NCBI GenBank assembly: GCA_963697335.1
Contig: CAVONQ010000011.1
Location: 32,001 to 96,000 of the forward strand
Direction of reading: 5' to 3'
DNA length: 64,000 bases
Source: an uncultured cyanobacterium
GTDB lineage: Bacteria > Cyanobacteriota > Cyanobacteriia > PCC-6307 > Cyanobiaceae
Part shown: positions 1 through 10,673 of the stretch, in pieces
Layout: every line of letters begins with the position of its first letter
Position numbering within the stretch: position 1 is the stretch's first letter
Made by a program: the position numbers and the translations under genes
Notes under the pieces: generated by a model
Told to the model about the DNA's origin: nothing
Database searches by the model: none
The model's input: only the letters and a program-made list of their open reading frames with translations

Positions 1-2
1 GC

Positions 3-185
3 GGTGTGGTGGTGATCCCCCTGGCCACCCTGGAGGCCCTGGCCGAGCTGCGCCCCCTGCTGGAGCGGGCCGGCCTGGCCGTGACGGTGGCGCAGCACCA
101 GAGCTGGCGGGGGGCACCGCTGGCAGCGGGCACCCGCCTGGCGCCGATGAATCCAGTGCTGGTGCTCAGGGGTGAGCGGCTCTGA
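3..185 (+). CDS. cbiET: C-terminal fragment of precorrin-6Y methyltransferase/decarboxylase (CbiE/CbiT, CobL-like), truncated by window start
   Basis: Hand translation GVVVIPLATLEALAELRPLL...QSWRGAPLAAGTRLAPMNPVLVLRGERL* resembles the CbiT C-terminus (..R.AP.NPV). Confidence 0.7.
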   Translation, partial: GVVVIPLATLEALAELRPLLERAGLAVTVAQHQSWRGAPLAAGTRLAPMNPVLVLRGERL

Positions 186-690
186 ACGGCTCGATGCGCA
201 CCGCTGTGCCCACCCGGATGCCCAGGGCCGCCGCCTGACCTCCCGCCAGTTCCAGCACCCCGTCCACGGGCACGCCCGGGCCGTAGCTGGGGCAGGGCAG
301 GCGCGGGCAGGGGGTGGCGGCCGCTTCGAGGGCCACCACCTTGCCGTTGGCCACAAACAGCATGTCCAGCGGCTCGGGGGTGCGGTGCATCCAGAACCGG
401 GCCGGGGTGGGCTGGGGGAAGGGAAACCACATGCCGCGCAGGGGCGGCAATGGCGGCCGCAACTGCAGGCCCAGGGCCTGTTCCTGGGGGGCATCGGCCA
501 CTTCCAGCAGGATGCAGCGCTCGCTCTCCAGGCACCAGCGGGCTTCCAGGGGCAGGGTCTGGGGTGGTTCCGCCGGCTGGGCCAGGGTCCGCTGGCTGGA
601 GGCCAGATCTGCCGCCGCCAGCCCGATCAGAGCCAGCAGACCAGCACCGCCCACGAGCCGCGTCACCCCCAGCCGCCGCGCCGCCCCCAT
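166..690 (-). CDS. DUF192 domain-containing protein
   Basis: LEVAD..QALGLQLR, GMWFPF, FWMHRTPEPLDMLF, CPSY, VLELAGG motifs; N-terminal hydrophobic signal; ATG at 690 overlaps the upstream stop. Confidence 0.85.
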   Translation of the reverse strand: MGAARRLGVTRLVGGAGLLALIGLAAADLASSQRTLAQPAEPPQTLPLEARWCLESERCILLEVADAPQEQALGLQLRPPLPPLRGMWFPFPQPTPARFWMHRTPEPLDMLFVANGKVVALEAAATPCPRLPCPSYGPGVPVDGVLELAGGQAAALGIRVGTAVRIEPFRAAHP

Positions 691-1352
691 CAGAGTCCTG
701 CCGGGGGCGGCAGCCGCTCGCTGAGGCAGTACCCCTGGCCTCGCACCGTGTGGATCAACCGCCGGGCGCCACCCTGCTCCAGCTTCTGGCGCAGGTAACG
801 CACGTACACCTCGATCACATTGCTGCTGGTGGCCTGGTTGTCGTCCCACACCTGCCGCAGGATCTGATCGCGGCTCACCACGGTGCCACGCCGCTCCAGC
901 AGCAGCACCAGCAGGGCATATTCCCGCGCTGTGAGGGCCACCTGGCGCCGGCCGCGACGCACGTCGCGGGTACTGGGGTTCAGGGTCAGGTCCGCCACCT
1001 GCAGGAGCTGGGTGGGCACCACCAGGCTCTGGCGCAGGCTGAGCTGGAGCCGCAGCCGCATCAGCAGATCGCTGGGCCCGAGGCTGGACAGCCAGAAGTC
1101 GTCGGCGCCGGCGCTGAGGCAGTGGGCGCGGGCCTCCACCGTGTCCTCGCCGATGTTGAGCAGCAGCGGGGTGGAGCCGAACCGTTGCCGCAACGCCGGG
1201 ATCCGGTCCGCCTGGGAAGCCGTGAGCACCACCACATCCGGCCCCGCGCCGCTGGATCCGTCGGGAGGCCACAGGGCGTAACCCGAGGCCTGCAGCCGCG
1301 GACCCAAGGCTTCCGCTTCCGCCCCGAGCAGCCAGACGCTGGCGGGGCTCAT
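690..1352 (-). CDS. OmpR-family response regulator (NblR-like) with atypical receiver domain
   Basis: C-terminal winged helix ([41 protein letters not shown]); GADDF receiver motif. Confidence 0.85.
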   Translation of the reverse strand: MSPASVWLLGAEAEALGPRLQASGYALWPPDGSSGAGPDVVVLTASQADRIPALRQRFGSTPLLLNIGEDTVEARAHCLSAGADDFWLSSLGPSDLLMRLRLQLSLRQSLVVPTQLLQVADLTLNPSTRDVRRGRRQVALTAREYALLVLLLERRGTVVSRDQILRQVWDDNQATSSNVIEVYVRYLRQKLEQGGARRLIHTVRGQGYCLSERLPPPAGL

Positions 1353-2308
1353 GACGTGCCGCCCCTGCTGGCCCGCGGTTCGACCCCCGCCAGAGGCTCG
1401 AGCTCGTTGCCGGGCTTGGCCACATGGGGCAGGCCCCAGCCCAGCTTGTTGCGCAGCACCTGGAAGAACTCGTGGTCGTTGAGCCGCACGAAGCGCGCCG
1501 CATGCTCGCTGCGGCGGATCAGCACCCGATCTTCCGGCCAGATGTAACAGCCGGCGCTGCCGTCCACCACCATCATCAGCCGCTCGGGCGTGGCCGGGAA
1601 GATCGTCACCGGTTCCCGGTCGCTGAACACCAGCGCCCGCGAGGCCAGCGAGTGGGGCGCGATCGGCGTGAGTTGCAGCACCGGGCAGTCGGGGGTGATC
1701 ACCGGGCCGCCGGCGGAGAGGGCGTAGGCCGTGGAGCCGGTGGGGGTGGAGAGGATCACGCCGTCGGCGGCGATGTCCACCGGGGCGTGGCGGCCGATGG
1801 CGATCTCGAAATGGCACATCGAGGTGAGCGGCTCGCGGTGCAGGGCCATCTCGTTGAGGCAGAGCACCTCCCAGCGCCGCTGCTCGCTGCGCAGCACGCT
1901 CACCACCTGCAGGGTGCGCTCCTCCACCGTCCAGGTGCCGGAGATCACCTGCTCGAGCACCTCATCGAGCTGGTGCAGATAGGCCTCGGCCAGGAAGCCC
2001 AGGTGGCCGGTGTTGATCGTGAGGATCGGCACGCCGATCGGCGCGGTCTGGCGGGCCGCCGACAGCACGGTGCCGTCGCCCCCCAGCACGATGGCCAGCT
2101 GCAGTTCCTCGCTGAAACTGGCCGGCACGCAGGCCGCATAGCCCTTGGCGCGCATCTGCTGGTCGGGATTGGCGAAGCCCACCATCCCCCCGGAGCTGCT
2201 CACCCGCAGCACCTCGAGCCCGCTGGCGCTCAGGCGCGCCTCGACGGCATCGGCCGTCTTCACGGCCAGGTGTTTGCCGTCATTGACGATCAGTCCGACA
2301 CGGGGCAC
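1349..2308 (-). CDS. nadK: NAD(+) kinase
   Basis: [41 protein letters not shown] motifs. Confidence 0.95.
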   Translation of the reverse strand: MPRVGLIVNDGKHLAVKTADAVEARLSASGLEVLRVSSSGGMVGFANPDQQMRAKGYAACVPASFSEELQLAIVLGGDGTVLSAARQTAPIGVPILTINTGHLGFLAEAYLHQLDEVLEQVISGTWTVEERTLQVVSVLRSEQRRWEVLCLNEMALHREPLTSMCHFEIAIGRHAPVDIAADGVILSTPTGSTAYALSAGGPVITPDCPVLQLTPIAPHSLASRALVFSDREPVTIFPATPERLMMVVDGSAGCYIWPEDRVLIRRSEHAARFVRLNDHEFFQVLRNKLGWGLPHVAKPGNELEPLAGVEPRASRGGTS

Positions 2309-2379
2309 CGATCGGTGGGCGGGGGGCCGGTTGAGTTTATGGGCGCTGACCCCGGCGGCCGGCGCGGAGCCGTTGGCGA

Positions 2380-3459
2380 TCAGAACTGCTCCAGAAAGCG
2401 CAGATCACTGGTGTAGAGCCGGCGGATGTCGTCGATGCCGTGGCGCACCATGCAGAAACGCTCCACGCCGAGGCCGGCCGCGAAGCCGCTCCAGCGCTCC
2501 GGATCGAGGCCCATGCCCGTGAGCACGGCCGGATCCACCATGCCGCAACCCATCACCTCCAGCCAGCGGCCCCGCCACTGCACATCCACCTCGGCGCTCG
2601 GCTCGGTGAAGGGGAAGTAGCTGGCCCGGAAGCGCACGGGCAGATCGCCGAAAAAGCGCTGCAGGAAGGCCGTCACCGTGCCGCGCAGATGGCTGAAGTC
2701 GAGCCCCTCGTCGATGGCCAGCACCTCCACCTGGTGGAACACCGGCGAGTGGGTGGCATCCACGGCGTCGCGGCGGTAGACGCGGCCCGGGGCGATCACC
2801 CGCACCGGTGGCGGGTTGTTCTCCAGATGGCGGATCTGCACCGGCGAGGTGTGGGTGCGCAGCAGGCGGCCGTCCTGGAGGTAGAAGGTGTCCTGCATGT
2901 CCCGGGCGGGGTGGTGCTCGGGGATGTTGAGGGCGGTGAAGTTGTAGTAGTCGCTTTCGATCTCAGGGCCCTCAGACACCCGGTAGCCGAGGCCGGAGAA
3001 GATGTCCACAATCTCCTCGATCGTGCTGATCAGGGGGTGCCGGTGCCCTGGCGGCACGTAGCTGCAGGGGGCGGTGACATCCAGGCTTTCGCTGGCGATG
3101 CGCTCCGCCATGGCGGCTGACTTGACGGCCCCCAGCCGCTGGGCCAGCAGGCCCTGCAGCTGTTCCTTGAGCACGTTGGCCCGCTGGCCCACCAGGGGGC
3201 GTTCGGCGCCGGGCAGGCGGCCCATGGCGCCGAGCACGGAGGAGAGTTTGCCTTTTTTGCCCAGCAGACCCACCCGCAGATCCTCCAGTTCGCTGGCGTT
3301 GGCGGCGGCGGCGATGGCGGCGGCGGCCTCCGCCTCCAGGGCCTGCAGCTGGCCGTTGAGCTGCTCCAGGCTGACCCCACCGGAGCCTGAGCCGCTGCCG
3401 CCAGCGCTGGATGGGGCGCCGGCGGGGGAGCTGGAGGTGGCGGAGGAGGCGGCGCTCAC
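2380..3459 (-). CDS. pheS: Phenylalanine--tRNA ligase alpha subunit
   Basis: [41 protein letters not shown] motifs; start assumed at GTG 3459. Confidence 0.97.
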   Translation of the reverse strand: MSAASSATSSSPAGAPSSAGGSGSGSGGVSLEQLNGQLQALEAEAAAAIAAAANASELEDLRVGLLGKKGKLSSVLGAMGRLPGAERPLVGQRANVLKEQLQGLLAQRLGAVKSAAMAERIASESLDVTAPCSYVPPGHRHPLISTIEEIVDIFSGLGYRVSEGPEIESDYYNFTALNIPEHHPARDMQDTFYLQDGRLLRTHTSPVQIRHLENNPPPVRVIAPGRVYRRDAVDATHSPVFHQVEVLAIDEGLDFSHLRGTVTAFLQRFFGDLPVRFRASYFPFTEPSAEVDVQWRGRWLEVMGCGMVDPAVLTGMGLDPERWSGFAAGLGVERFCMVRHGIDDIRRLYTSDLRFLEQF

Positions 3460-3519
3460 GGCGTTCGCAGGCTCGGAGGGCAAGGGAGAGACTGTACGGA
3501 GCTGCCCCGACCTGCGCCG

Positions 3520-4341
3520 ATGACCCCCCTGAGGATCCTGATCAGCAACGACGACGGGGTCTTTGCGGATGGCATCCGCACCCTGGCCAACGCGGCCGTG
3601 GCCCGGGGCCATGAGGTCACGGTGGTGTGCCCCGATCAGGAGCGCTCCGCCACCGGCCATGGCCTCACCCTGCAGACCCCCATCCGGGCCGAACGGGCCG
3701 ATGAGCTGTTCGACGACGGGGTGACCGCCTGGGCCTGCAGCGGCACCCCCAGTGACTGCGTCAAGCTGGCCCTGTTCTCCCTGCTGGAGAGCTGGCCGGA
3801 TCTGGTGCTCTCCGGCATCAACCACGGCCCCAACCTCGGCACCGACGTGCTCTATTCCGGCACCGTGAGTGCGGCCATGGAGGGCACGATCGAGGGGCTG
3901 CCCTCCCTGGCCGTGAGCAGCGCCGATTTCCAGTGGCGCCAGTTCGTGCCCGCCGCCGCCATCGCTCTGGATGTGGCGGAGGCGATGCTCGCCGAAGGCT
4001 GGCCCGCGGGCATGCTGCTCAACCTGAATGTGCCGCCCCTGCCGGCGGAGAGCCTGGGCCCCCTCAGCTGGTGCCGCACGGCGGTGCGCCGTTACACCGA
4101 CCAGTTCGACCGCCGCGTCGACCCCCGCGGCCGCACCTACTACTGGCTGGCGGGCGAGGTGGCCAACGACCTGGAGGCCAAGGTGGCGGGCCCCAGCGAC
4201 TGGCCGGTGGATGTGGCCCACGTCCATGGCGGAGGGATTTCACTGTCTCCCCTGCAGCCGGAGCTGTTCTGGCGCGGCGCCACGCTGGATCTGCCCCAGC
4301 TGGAGCTGCCCCGGGATGACCTGCCTCAGGTGGGTCTGTAG
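3520..4341 (+). CDS. surE: 5'/3'-nucleotidase SurE
   Basis: [36 protein letters not shown] motifs. Confidence 0.97.
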   Translation: MTPLRILISNDDGVFADGIRTLANAAVARGHEVTVVCPDQERSATGHGLTLQTPIRAERADELFDDGVTAWACSGTPSDCVKLALFSLLESWPDLVLSGINHGPNLGTDVLYSGTVSAAMEGTIEGLPSLAVSSADFQWRQFVPAAAIALDVAEAMLAEGWPAGMLLNLNVPPLPAESLGPLSWCRTAVRRYTDQFDRRVDPRGRTYYWLAGEVANDLEAKVAGPSDWPVDVAHVHGGGISLSPLQPELFWRGATLDLPQLELPRDDLPQVGL

Positions 4342-4907
4342 ATCCGCTGCAGCAGCCAGAGGCTCACGCCCAGGCCGATCAGGTGGGCGAACAGCACCTG
4401 GGTGTTGCCCAGCACCGAGAACATCTCGATCGAGGTAATCGGCAGGCCGATCAGGCGGCCGGCGCCACCGGCCTGGCCCTGGACCTGGGCCCCGAAGAAC
4501 CCCGGCACCTGCTGGGAGGCCTGCACGAACAGGCTGCCGGCCATGGCCTGGTATCCCACGGCGGCCAGCGTCAGGCCGGCCAGGTCGATCAGCAGGCCCC
4601 GTTTCACCAGCCGGCCGGTCTCGCCGCGGCTGGGCCGCACCGGGCTGGCCAGGGCGCGGCCGCAGCGCACCACCAGCCAGCTCTGCCAGAGGCAGCCGAG
4701 CAACAGCAGAAACGAGAGCGTGGTGAGTGAGATCCCAGGCCCCAGCCCGAGGGCGCGGGAGGAGTTGGCGGCGAGCCGTCCGCCGATGTTGTTGAACACC
4801 AGCACCCCCACCACCACCACCGCGAGCACCAGTTGGGCCCAGAACCGCACCCAGCCCACACGCCGAAGGGCGGCGGCCATCTGCTGCAGATCGAGGCGGT
4901 CAGCCAT
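4326..4907 (-). CDS. DUF3611 family membrane protein (Tic21/PIC1-like)
   Basis: [15 protein letters not shown] start, four hydrophobic segments, [22 protein letters not shown] end. Confidence 0.75.
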   Translation of the reverse strand: MADRLDLQQMAAALRRVGWVRFWAQLVLAVVVVGVLVFNNIGGRLAANSSRALGLGPGISLTTLSFLLLLGCLWQSWLVVRCGRALASPVRPSRGETGRLVKRGLLIDLAGLTLAAVGYQAMAGSLFVQASQQVPGFFGAQVQGQAGGAGRLIGLPITSIEMFSVLGNTQVLFAHLIGLGVSLWLLQRIYRPT

Positions 4908-4984
4908 GGGTGCATCGAAACGTGCCACCCAAAGGTGCCATGGGAGGATCGGCGCGGCCTGCTCCGGCGTTGGGATCTGTCGCG

Positions 4985-6007
4985 TTGATACCGCTGCGAA
5001 CCCCCCAGGAGGCCCAGCGCCCCACCGCCATCGCCCTCGGCAGCTTTGATGGTCTGCATCGGGGCCATCGGCGCGTGATCGCGGCCGTGGCCGGCGAAGG
5101 CCAGTCCGACGGGGCCGTGCCGGCCCTGGTGCCCACGGTGGTGAGCTTCTGGCCCCACCCCCGCGAAGTGCTGCATGGCGACACGCGCCTGCGGCTGGAT
5201 CTGCCCTCGGAGAAGCTCGAACTGCTCGGCCCCCTGGGCATCCGTCAGCTGGTGCTGGTGCCCTTTGACCGCCGCCTCGCCGCCCTCGACCCGGAGGCCT
5301 TCGTGGACCAGGTGCTGGTGGCCCAGCTGGATGCCCGCCGTATCGCCGTGGGCAGCAACTTCCGCTTCGGGGTGGGGCGCCAGGGCGACACCGACACCCT
5401 GATGGCCCTGGGGGCGGCCCGGGGCCTGACGGTGACGGTGCTGCCGATGCTCAGTGACGGCGGCGATCGGCTCAGCAGCAGCCGCATCCGCCGGGCCCTA
5501 GCGGCCGGTGATCTCGCCGAGGCGGAGCGGTTGCTGCAGCGGCCCTACCGCTTCAGCGGCCAGGTGGTGTCGGGGAGGGGGTTGGGCAAGGGCCTGGGCT
5601 GGCCCACCGCCAATCTGCGGGTGGACGGGCGCAAGTTCCTGCCGATGGAAGGGGTCTATGCCGCCCGGGTCCAGCTCAATGGCCAGCTGGACGGCAAGCC
5701 CCCTGGAGACGGTCGCTGGCTGCCGGCCGTGATGAACCTCGGGCCCCAGCCCACCGTGGATCCCCAGGCCAGTTCTGCGGTGGAGGTGCACCTGCTGGAT
5801 CAGGAGCTGGAGCTGGGCGGGCGTGAGCTGCGGGTGGAGCCCGTGGCCCTGCTGCGCAGCCAGCAGCGCTTCGCCGACCTGGCCGCCCTCTGCGCCCAGA
5901 TCGGCCGCGATGCCGCGTCGGCCCGCAGCCTGTTAGCCGCCGGGATAGGCGTGGGTCAGGCCCCAGCCCATGAAGGCGGCGATGCCGCCCAGCAGCAGAA
6001 TCCCTGA
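4985..6007 (+). CDS. ribF: Bifunctional riboflavin kinase/FAD synthetase
   Basis: ALGSFDGLHRGH, VGSNFRFG, SSSRIR, GWPTAN, EVHLLD motifs; start assumed at TTG 4985. Confidence 0.95.
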   Translation: MIPLRTPQEAQRPTAIALGSFDGLHRGHRRVIAAVAGEGQSDGAVPALVPTVVSFWPHPREVLHGDTRLRLDLPSEKLELLGPLGIRQLVLVPFDRRLAALDPEAFVDQVLVAQLDARRIAVGSNFRFGVGRQGDTDTLMALGAARGLTVTVLPMLSDGGDRLSSSRIRRALAAGDLAEAERLLQRPYRFSGQVVSGRGLGKGLGWPTANLRVDGRKFLPMEGVYAARVQLNGQLDGKPPGDGRWLPAVMNLGPQPTVDPQASSAVEVHLLDQELELGGRELRVEPVALLRSQQRFADLAALCAQIGRDAASARSLLAAGIGVGQAPAHEGGDAAQQQNP

Positions 6008-6049
6008 CACGAGCACCAGCATCGGGCTGTCAGCACCGCCTTGATCCAT
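5933..6049 (-). CDS. ndhQ: Small single-TM protein resembling NDH-1 subunit NdhQ
   Basis: Hand translation MDQGGADSPMLVLVSGILLLGGIAAFMGWGLTHAYPGG* (38 aa); GADSP...S..L.LG.IA....W.L..AY pattern as recalled for cyanobacterial NdhQ. Confidence 0.75.
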   Translation of the reverse strand: MDQGGADSPMLVLVSGILLLGGIAAFMGWGLTHAYPGG

Positions 6050-6156
6050 CGGGGCCTCGGGATGGGCCAGCAGGCCCCGATCAGGACCTCCAACCTAGAC
6101 AGGCCAGACCGGCCCACCTTCAGCCGGATGTGCTGATTTCACCACGCCGCCGCCCC

Positions 6157-7296
6157 ATGGCCCTTCCCGACTCCCCCCCAGATCCCGCCAGTGCGCCGGT
6201 CCAGCCCCAGGACGGCTGCGGTGCCCTTGGGCCTGCGGATGACCTGGCGGTGCGGCGCCTGATCGACGCCAACCTGGACCGGGCCCGCGAAGGCCTGCGG
6301 GTGCTGGAGGACTGGGCCCGCTTCGGGCTGGAGCGGGCCGACCTGGTGAGCCGCACCAAGGACATGCGCCAGACCCTGGGGCTGCTGCACCGCGACGCCT
6401 ACAAGCTGGCCCGCCACACCGCCACGGATGCCGGGGCGGGCCTCGGCCACCCCGCCCAGGCGGAGCGCCGTCAGCCCGCCCAGGTGGTGGCCGCCAATGC
6501 CGCCCGGGTACAGGAGGCCCTGCGGGTGCTGGAGGAGTTCGGCCGCAGCAGTGATCCCCCCCTGGCGGCCGCGGCGGCGGCGATCCGCTACGGGCTCTAC
6601 GACCTGGAGGTGGCCCTGCTGCAGGGCAGCGGCGACGGGGCCAGCCGCCGCCAGCTGCTGGCCCGTTGCCACCTCTATCTGGTGACCAGCCCCGTGCCCG
6701 AGTTGGAGGCGGTGGTGGCCGGCGCCCTGGCCGGCGGCGTGCGTCTGGTGCAGTACCGGGCCAAGCCCGGCAGCCCCGGCCCCGATGGCGCCCCGCTCAG
6801 CGACGGGCAGCGGCTGGAGCAGGCCCGCAGCCTGCGCCGCCTCTGCGCCGACCATGGCGCCCTGTTCCTGGTGAATGACCGCGTCGATCTGGCCCTGGCG
6901 GTGGATGCCGATGGAGTGCACCTGGGCCAGGACGACCTGCCGCCCGCCGTGGCGCGGCGGCTGCTGGGGCAGGAGCGCCTGATCGGCCGCAGCACCCATG
7001 CCCTGCCCCAGCTGCAGCAGGCCCTGCGGGATGGCTGCGACTACGTGGGCGTGGGGCCGGTGCAGGCCACCCCCACCAAGCCGGGCCGGGCCCCGGTGGG
7101 GCTCGAGTACGTGCGCCAGGCCGCGGCGGCCTGCCCGATCCCCTTCTTCGCCATCGGCGGCCTGGCCCTGGAGACGATCCCCCAGCTGCGTCAGGCGGGT
7201 GCCGAGCGGATCGCGGTGGTGCGGGCGATCACGGCGGCCGCCGACCCCGTCGCCGCCAGCCGTGCCCTGCTCACGGCCCTGGGGCGGCCCAGCTGA
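6157..7296 (+). CDS. thiE: Thiamine-phosphate synthase, cyanobacterial long form with N-terminal extension
   Basis: [20 protein letters not shown]-domain; [36 protein letters not shown] motifs. Confidence 0.96.
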   Translation: MALPDSPPDPASAPVQPQDGCGALGPADDLAVRRLIDANLDRAREGLRVLEDWARFGLERADLVSRTKDMRQTLGLLHRDAYKLARHTATDAGAGLGHPAQAERRQPAQVVAANAARVQEALRVLEEFGRSSDPPLAAAAAAIRYGLYDLEVALLQGSGDGASRRQLLARCHLYLVTSPVPELEAVVAGALAGGVRLVQYRAKPGSPGPDGAPLSDGQRLEQARSLRRLCADHGALFLVNDRVDLALAVDADGVHLGQDDLPPAVARRLLGQERLIGRSTHALPQLQQALRDGCDYVGVGPVQATPTKPGRAPVGLEYVRQAAAACPIPFFAIGGLALETIPQLRQAGAERIAVVRAITAAADPVAASRALLTALGRPS

Positions 7297-7358
7297 TCGG
7301 GTGGCCTGAAGTCCCCTAACTTCAGAGCCTTGAGGCCCGTGGGGCCCAGGCGATCACC

Positions 7359-7589
7359 ATGCCCCTTGAGGATCCCAGCGCCGCCATCACGATTCAGCTG
7401 AACGGCGAAGCCCGCCGGGCACCGGCGGGCCAGAGCATCGAGCAGCTGCTGACCCAGCTGGGCTACCGCCCCCAGCTCGTGGTGGTGGAGTTCAACGGCA
7501 CGATCCTGCCGCGTCAGCACTGGGCTCAGCAGCAGGTGGTGGAATCCGATGTGCTGGAGGTGGTCACCATCGTGGGAGGTGGTTCCTAG
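7359..7589 (+). CDS. thiS: Sulfur carrier protein ThiS
   Basis: IQLNGE start, VVEFNG, C-terminal EVVTIVGGG; directly downstream of thiE. Confidence 0.93.
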   Translation: MPLEDPSAAITIQLNGEARRAPAGQSIEQLLTQLGYRPQLVVVEFNGTILPRQHWAQQQVVESDVLEVVTIVGGGS

Positions 7590-7614
7590 ATTTTTCGTAC
7601 TCGCACCGGCCCTG

Positions 7615-8610
7615 TTGCCGATCTCAGACTCCTCCCTGTCCACCACCCCTGCGCCCACCGGTCGGCCGCCCCAGCGCCGTGGCTTCTGGCGCCGCGCGGT
7701 GAGCCTGCTGGCCCTGCCGGCCCTGGTGATCACCCTGTTGCTCTGGGCGCCTGAACCCTCCATGGCGGCCCGGGGCGGCCGCATCGGTGGCGGCAGCTTC
7801 CGCGCCGCCCCCTCCATGCCCCGCGGTGGCGGTGGTGGCGGTTTCAGTGGCGGCTATCGCGGCGGCGGCGGCATGGGCGGGGGCGGCATCGGCTTCCCCT
7901 TCCTGATTCCGATGTTCGGTTTCGGCGGTGGCGGCCTGTTCGGCTTCCTGATCCTGATGGCGGTGGTGGGTCTGATCGCCAATGCCCTGCGGGGTGTCAG
8001 TGGCGGCAGCCCTTCCCTGCCGGGCGGCTCCGGCTATGCCCCCCGGGTGGATGGCCCTGTCACGATCAGCCAGCTGCAGGTGGGCCTGCTGGCCTCGGCC
8101 CGCGACCTCCAGACCGATCTGCGCGCCATTGCTGGCCGCGCCGACACCGGCTCCAGTGGCGGGCTGCAGACCGTGCTTCAGGAAACCACCCTGTCCCTGC
8201 TGCGCCATCCCGACCTGTGGGTCTACGCCAATGCGGAAGTGGGTCAGGTGCCCTTTGCCAGCGCCGAGTCCACCTTCAACCGCCTCTCGATGGCGGAGCG
8301 CAGCAAGCTCGACGCCGAACTCACCACCAACGTGGCGGGCCGCCGTTCCGACGCTGCCACCACGGCCGCCGGTGACAGCGATGCCGGCAGTGATTTCATC
8401 GCCGTGACCCTGATCGTGGCCTCGCGCCAGAAGCTCACGATCAAAGGGGCCTCCACGGCCGAAGAGCTGCGTCAGTCGCTGCAGGTGCTGGGGGGCATAG
8501 CCAGTGCCGATCTGCTGGCGATTGAGGTGATCTGGCAGCCCGATGGCAGCGGCGACGTGTTCAGCACCGAGGAGCTGCTCACCGCCTATCCCCAGCTCCA
8601 GCACCTCTGA
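7615..8610 (+). CDS. DUF1517 domain-containing membrane protein (FLAP1-like)
   Basis: AARGGRIGGGSF, Gly-rich linker, QLQVGLLASAR, LLRHP, FNRLSMAERSK, EVIWQP motifs; start uncertain. Confidence 0.88.
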   Translation: MPISDSSLSTTPAPTGRPPQRRGFWRRAVSLLALPALVITLLLWAPEPSMAARGGRIGGGSFRAAPSMPRGGGGGGFSGGYRGGGGMGGGGIGFPFLIPMFGFGGGGLFGFLILMAVVGLIANALRGVSGGSPSLPGGSGYAPRVDGPVTISQLQVGLLASARDLQTDLRAIAGRADTGSSGGLQTVLQETTLSLLRHPDLWVYANAEVGQVPFASAESTFNRLSMAERSKLDAELTTNVAGRRSDAATTAAGDSDAGSDFIAVTLIVASRQKLTIKGASTAEELRQSLQVLGGIASADLLAIEVIWQPDGSGDVFSTEELLTAYPQLQHL

Positions 8611-9292
8611 GGATGCGCAGGGCGGCCATGGCAGCCCCGTAGCCGTTGTCCACGTTCACCACGGTGAGCCCCGGCGCGCAGCTGGCCAACATGCCGTGCA
8701 GGGCCGCCATGCCGCCGGTGCTGACGCCATAGCCCACCGCCACCGGAACACCGATCACCGGCTGGGGCAGCAGGCCCGCCAGCACGGTGGGCAGGGCCCC
8801 TTCCATGCCGGCGCAGGCGATCAGCACCCGCATCGATCGCAGCAGGGGCAGCTGATCCAGCAGGCGGTGCAGCCCCGCCACGCCCACATCCAGCACCAAC
8901 TCGGCACCCACCCCATGGCAGTGCAGGGCCAGCAGCGCTTCGCTGGCCACGCCGAGATCACTGCTGCCGGCGCCCAGCACCGCCACCTGGGTGGTTGCGG
9001 TGCCGGAGGGGGCCAGGGCTGTGTCCGCTGATGCCGGCGCCGCGAAGGTGAGGCATCGGGCCTCGGGGTGATAGCGCAGGGCCGGGCTGCTCAGCAGGGC
9101 GTCCACGGCCTCGGCCTTCTGCGGTGACACTCTCGTCACCAGCAGCACCTCGCCGGCTGCCCAGAGCTTGGTGGCGATGGCGGCGATCTGCGCGGCGCTC
9201 TTGTGCTCGCCCCACACCGCTTCCACCATGCCGAGACGCTGGCGGCGCTCCAGATCCAGGCGGTGATCCAGGGGGGGCGAGGATTCGTTCAT
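8579..9292 (-). CDS. larB: LarB/CpmA family protein (AIR carboxylase-like)
   Basis: LDLERRQRLG..EAVWGEHK, DVGVAGLHRL, AGMEGALP, PVIGVP..VGYG, C.PG.TVVNVDNGYGAA. Confidence 0.9.
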   Translation of the reverse strand: MNESSPPLDHRLDLERRQRLGMVEAVWGEHKSAAQIAAIATKLWAAGEVLLVTRVSPQKAEAVDALLSSPALRYHPEARCLTFAAPASADTALAPSGTATTQVAVLGAGSSDLGVASEALLALHCHGVGAELVLDVGVAGLHRLLDQLPLLRSMRVLIACAGMEGALPTVLAGLLPQPVIGVPVAVGYGVSTGGMAALHGMLASCAPGLTVVNVDNGYGAAMAALRILRGAGAGDRR

Positions 9293-9305
9293 GGCCGGGG
9301 TGGTG

Positions 9306-10151
9306 TCAGGGCTGGATCCACACCATCTCCACCAGGGCCGGCGTGATCCACAGGCTGGCGCGCCGCTGGGCCAGCTCCAGCTCGTTCAGCAGGGCCTGCT
9401 GCTCGGCGCTGGTCCACTGGCCGGCGCTGATCAGCTGATGGGGGTAGGAGTGCAGAAAGTCCCGCAGCCAGGCGGCCTTGGGGGCCTCTGCCGGGCAGCA
9501 GGCCATCAGGCTGCGGCAGTGCTGCAGCCGCAGTCCCCGTTGCTCCAGCAGCAGCGGCAGGCGAGCGGCCACATCGGGATCGCAGCCATGCTGGCGCCAG
9601 TGGCTGATGCAGCGCTGCACGAAGCGCTCGAGCATGGGCACCCCGGGCTGAACCGCAAAGGTGTCCCAGCGCACGTACTCGTGCAGCACCAGCCGCCCAC
9701 CGGGCCGGAGGGCGTGCTGCACCAGATCCAAGAGGGGATCCAGCGAGGGTAGAAACATCGCCAGCCAGCGGCACCAGGCCCCATCCCAGCGGGCTGCGCC
9801 CAGGGCGGAAGGGGGCGGCTGGGGCTGGCCCAGGTCGAGCTGAAGCCCCTGCAACTGGTCCAGCTGCTGGCTGCGGGCCTGCTCCTGCAGGTGCTGGAGA
9901 AAGCGCTCGGAGCGGTCAATGCCGAGCACCGTGCCCTGCGGCCCCACCAGCCGGGCCAGATCCACGCTGGCGCAACCAGGGCCGCAGCCCAGATCCAGCA
10001 GCCGATCGCCACGGCTGAACCCGGCCCGCAGCCAGGCCGCCCCGCAGTCGTCGCGCCAGATCGCGTGCTGGCGGCCAAGCCGCTCCACCTCCTCGGGATC
10101 GCAGCCCAGCACGTACTCCTCGCGGAGGGCCGTTGGGAGGGCTTCAGCCAT
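9306..10151 (-). CDS. Class I SAM-dependent methyltransferase
   Basis: LLDLGCGPG motif I, VLGID, LRPGGRLVLHEY. Confidence 0.88.
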   Translation of the reverse strand: MAEALPTALREEYVLGCDPEEVERLGRQHAIWRDDCGAAWLRAGFSRGDRLLDLGCGPGCASVDLARLVGPQGTVLGIDRSERFLQHLQEQARSQQLDQLQGLQLDLGQPQPPPSALGAARWDGAWCRWLAMFLPSLDPLLDLVQHALRPGGRLVLHEYVRWDTFAVQPGVPMLERFVQRCISHWRQHGCDPDVAARLPLLLEQRGLRLQHCRSLMACCPAEAPKAAWLRDFLHSYPHQLISAGQWTSAEQQALLNELELAQRRASLWITPALVEMVWIQP

Positions 10152-10611
10152 CACCAGGGGTGTCGCGCTGGTGTGGGGGCTGAAGTTGCGGCTGGAGCTC
10201 GGCTGCGTACAGCAGCGGAAAGGGATTGGCCGCGGCGCTGCCGGTGAGCTCCCTGGCCAGCCGCTCAAAACGCTCCTGCACCGCGCCCACTTCGGCCATC
10301 GGGATGGCCTTCCACTGCTCCAGGCTGGCCCAGCCGATCAGCAGGGTGCCCTCCTGCCGCTCTGGATCCCAGAACAGCTGCCGCCCCAGAAAGCCCTCCT
10401 GCTGGTTCAGCCAGGGCCCCCAGCTGGCCGCTTCGGCTTCCAGCCAGGCCTCGCGGTGCTGGGCCGGCACCCCCAGGCGCAACAGCTCCATCACGCCAGG
10501 CTCGGCCATGGGGTTTTGGGAGGATGGGCTCATGGGGCCACGGGCCGCGGCGGGGGAGCTGAGTCCGCCGAGCAGTGCGGCCAGCAGCAGCACCAGCAAC
10601 AGCCGCCGCAT
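10144..10611 (-). CDS. TIGR03792-like cyanobacterial protein (dimeric alpha-beta barrel) with signal peptide
   Basis: ELLRLGVP..REAWL.AE...W.PWL..QEGFLGRQLFWD..EG.LLIGW.S.EQWKAI. Confidence 0.75.
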   Translation of the reverse strand: MRRLLLVLLLAALLGGLSSPAAARGPMSPSSQNPMAEPGVMELLRLGVPAQHREAWLEAEAASWGPWLNQQEGFLGRQLFWDPERQEGTLLIGWASLEQWKAIPMAEVGAVQERFERLARELTGSAAANPFPLLYAAELQPQLQPPHQRDTPGDG

Positions 10612-10673
10612 GGCACTCGGCAGGAAGCCCAACCTAGGCAGAACGCCCCTTGGTGCTGGGGGGTAGGGCACGG

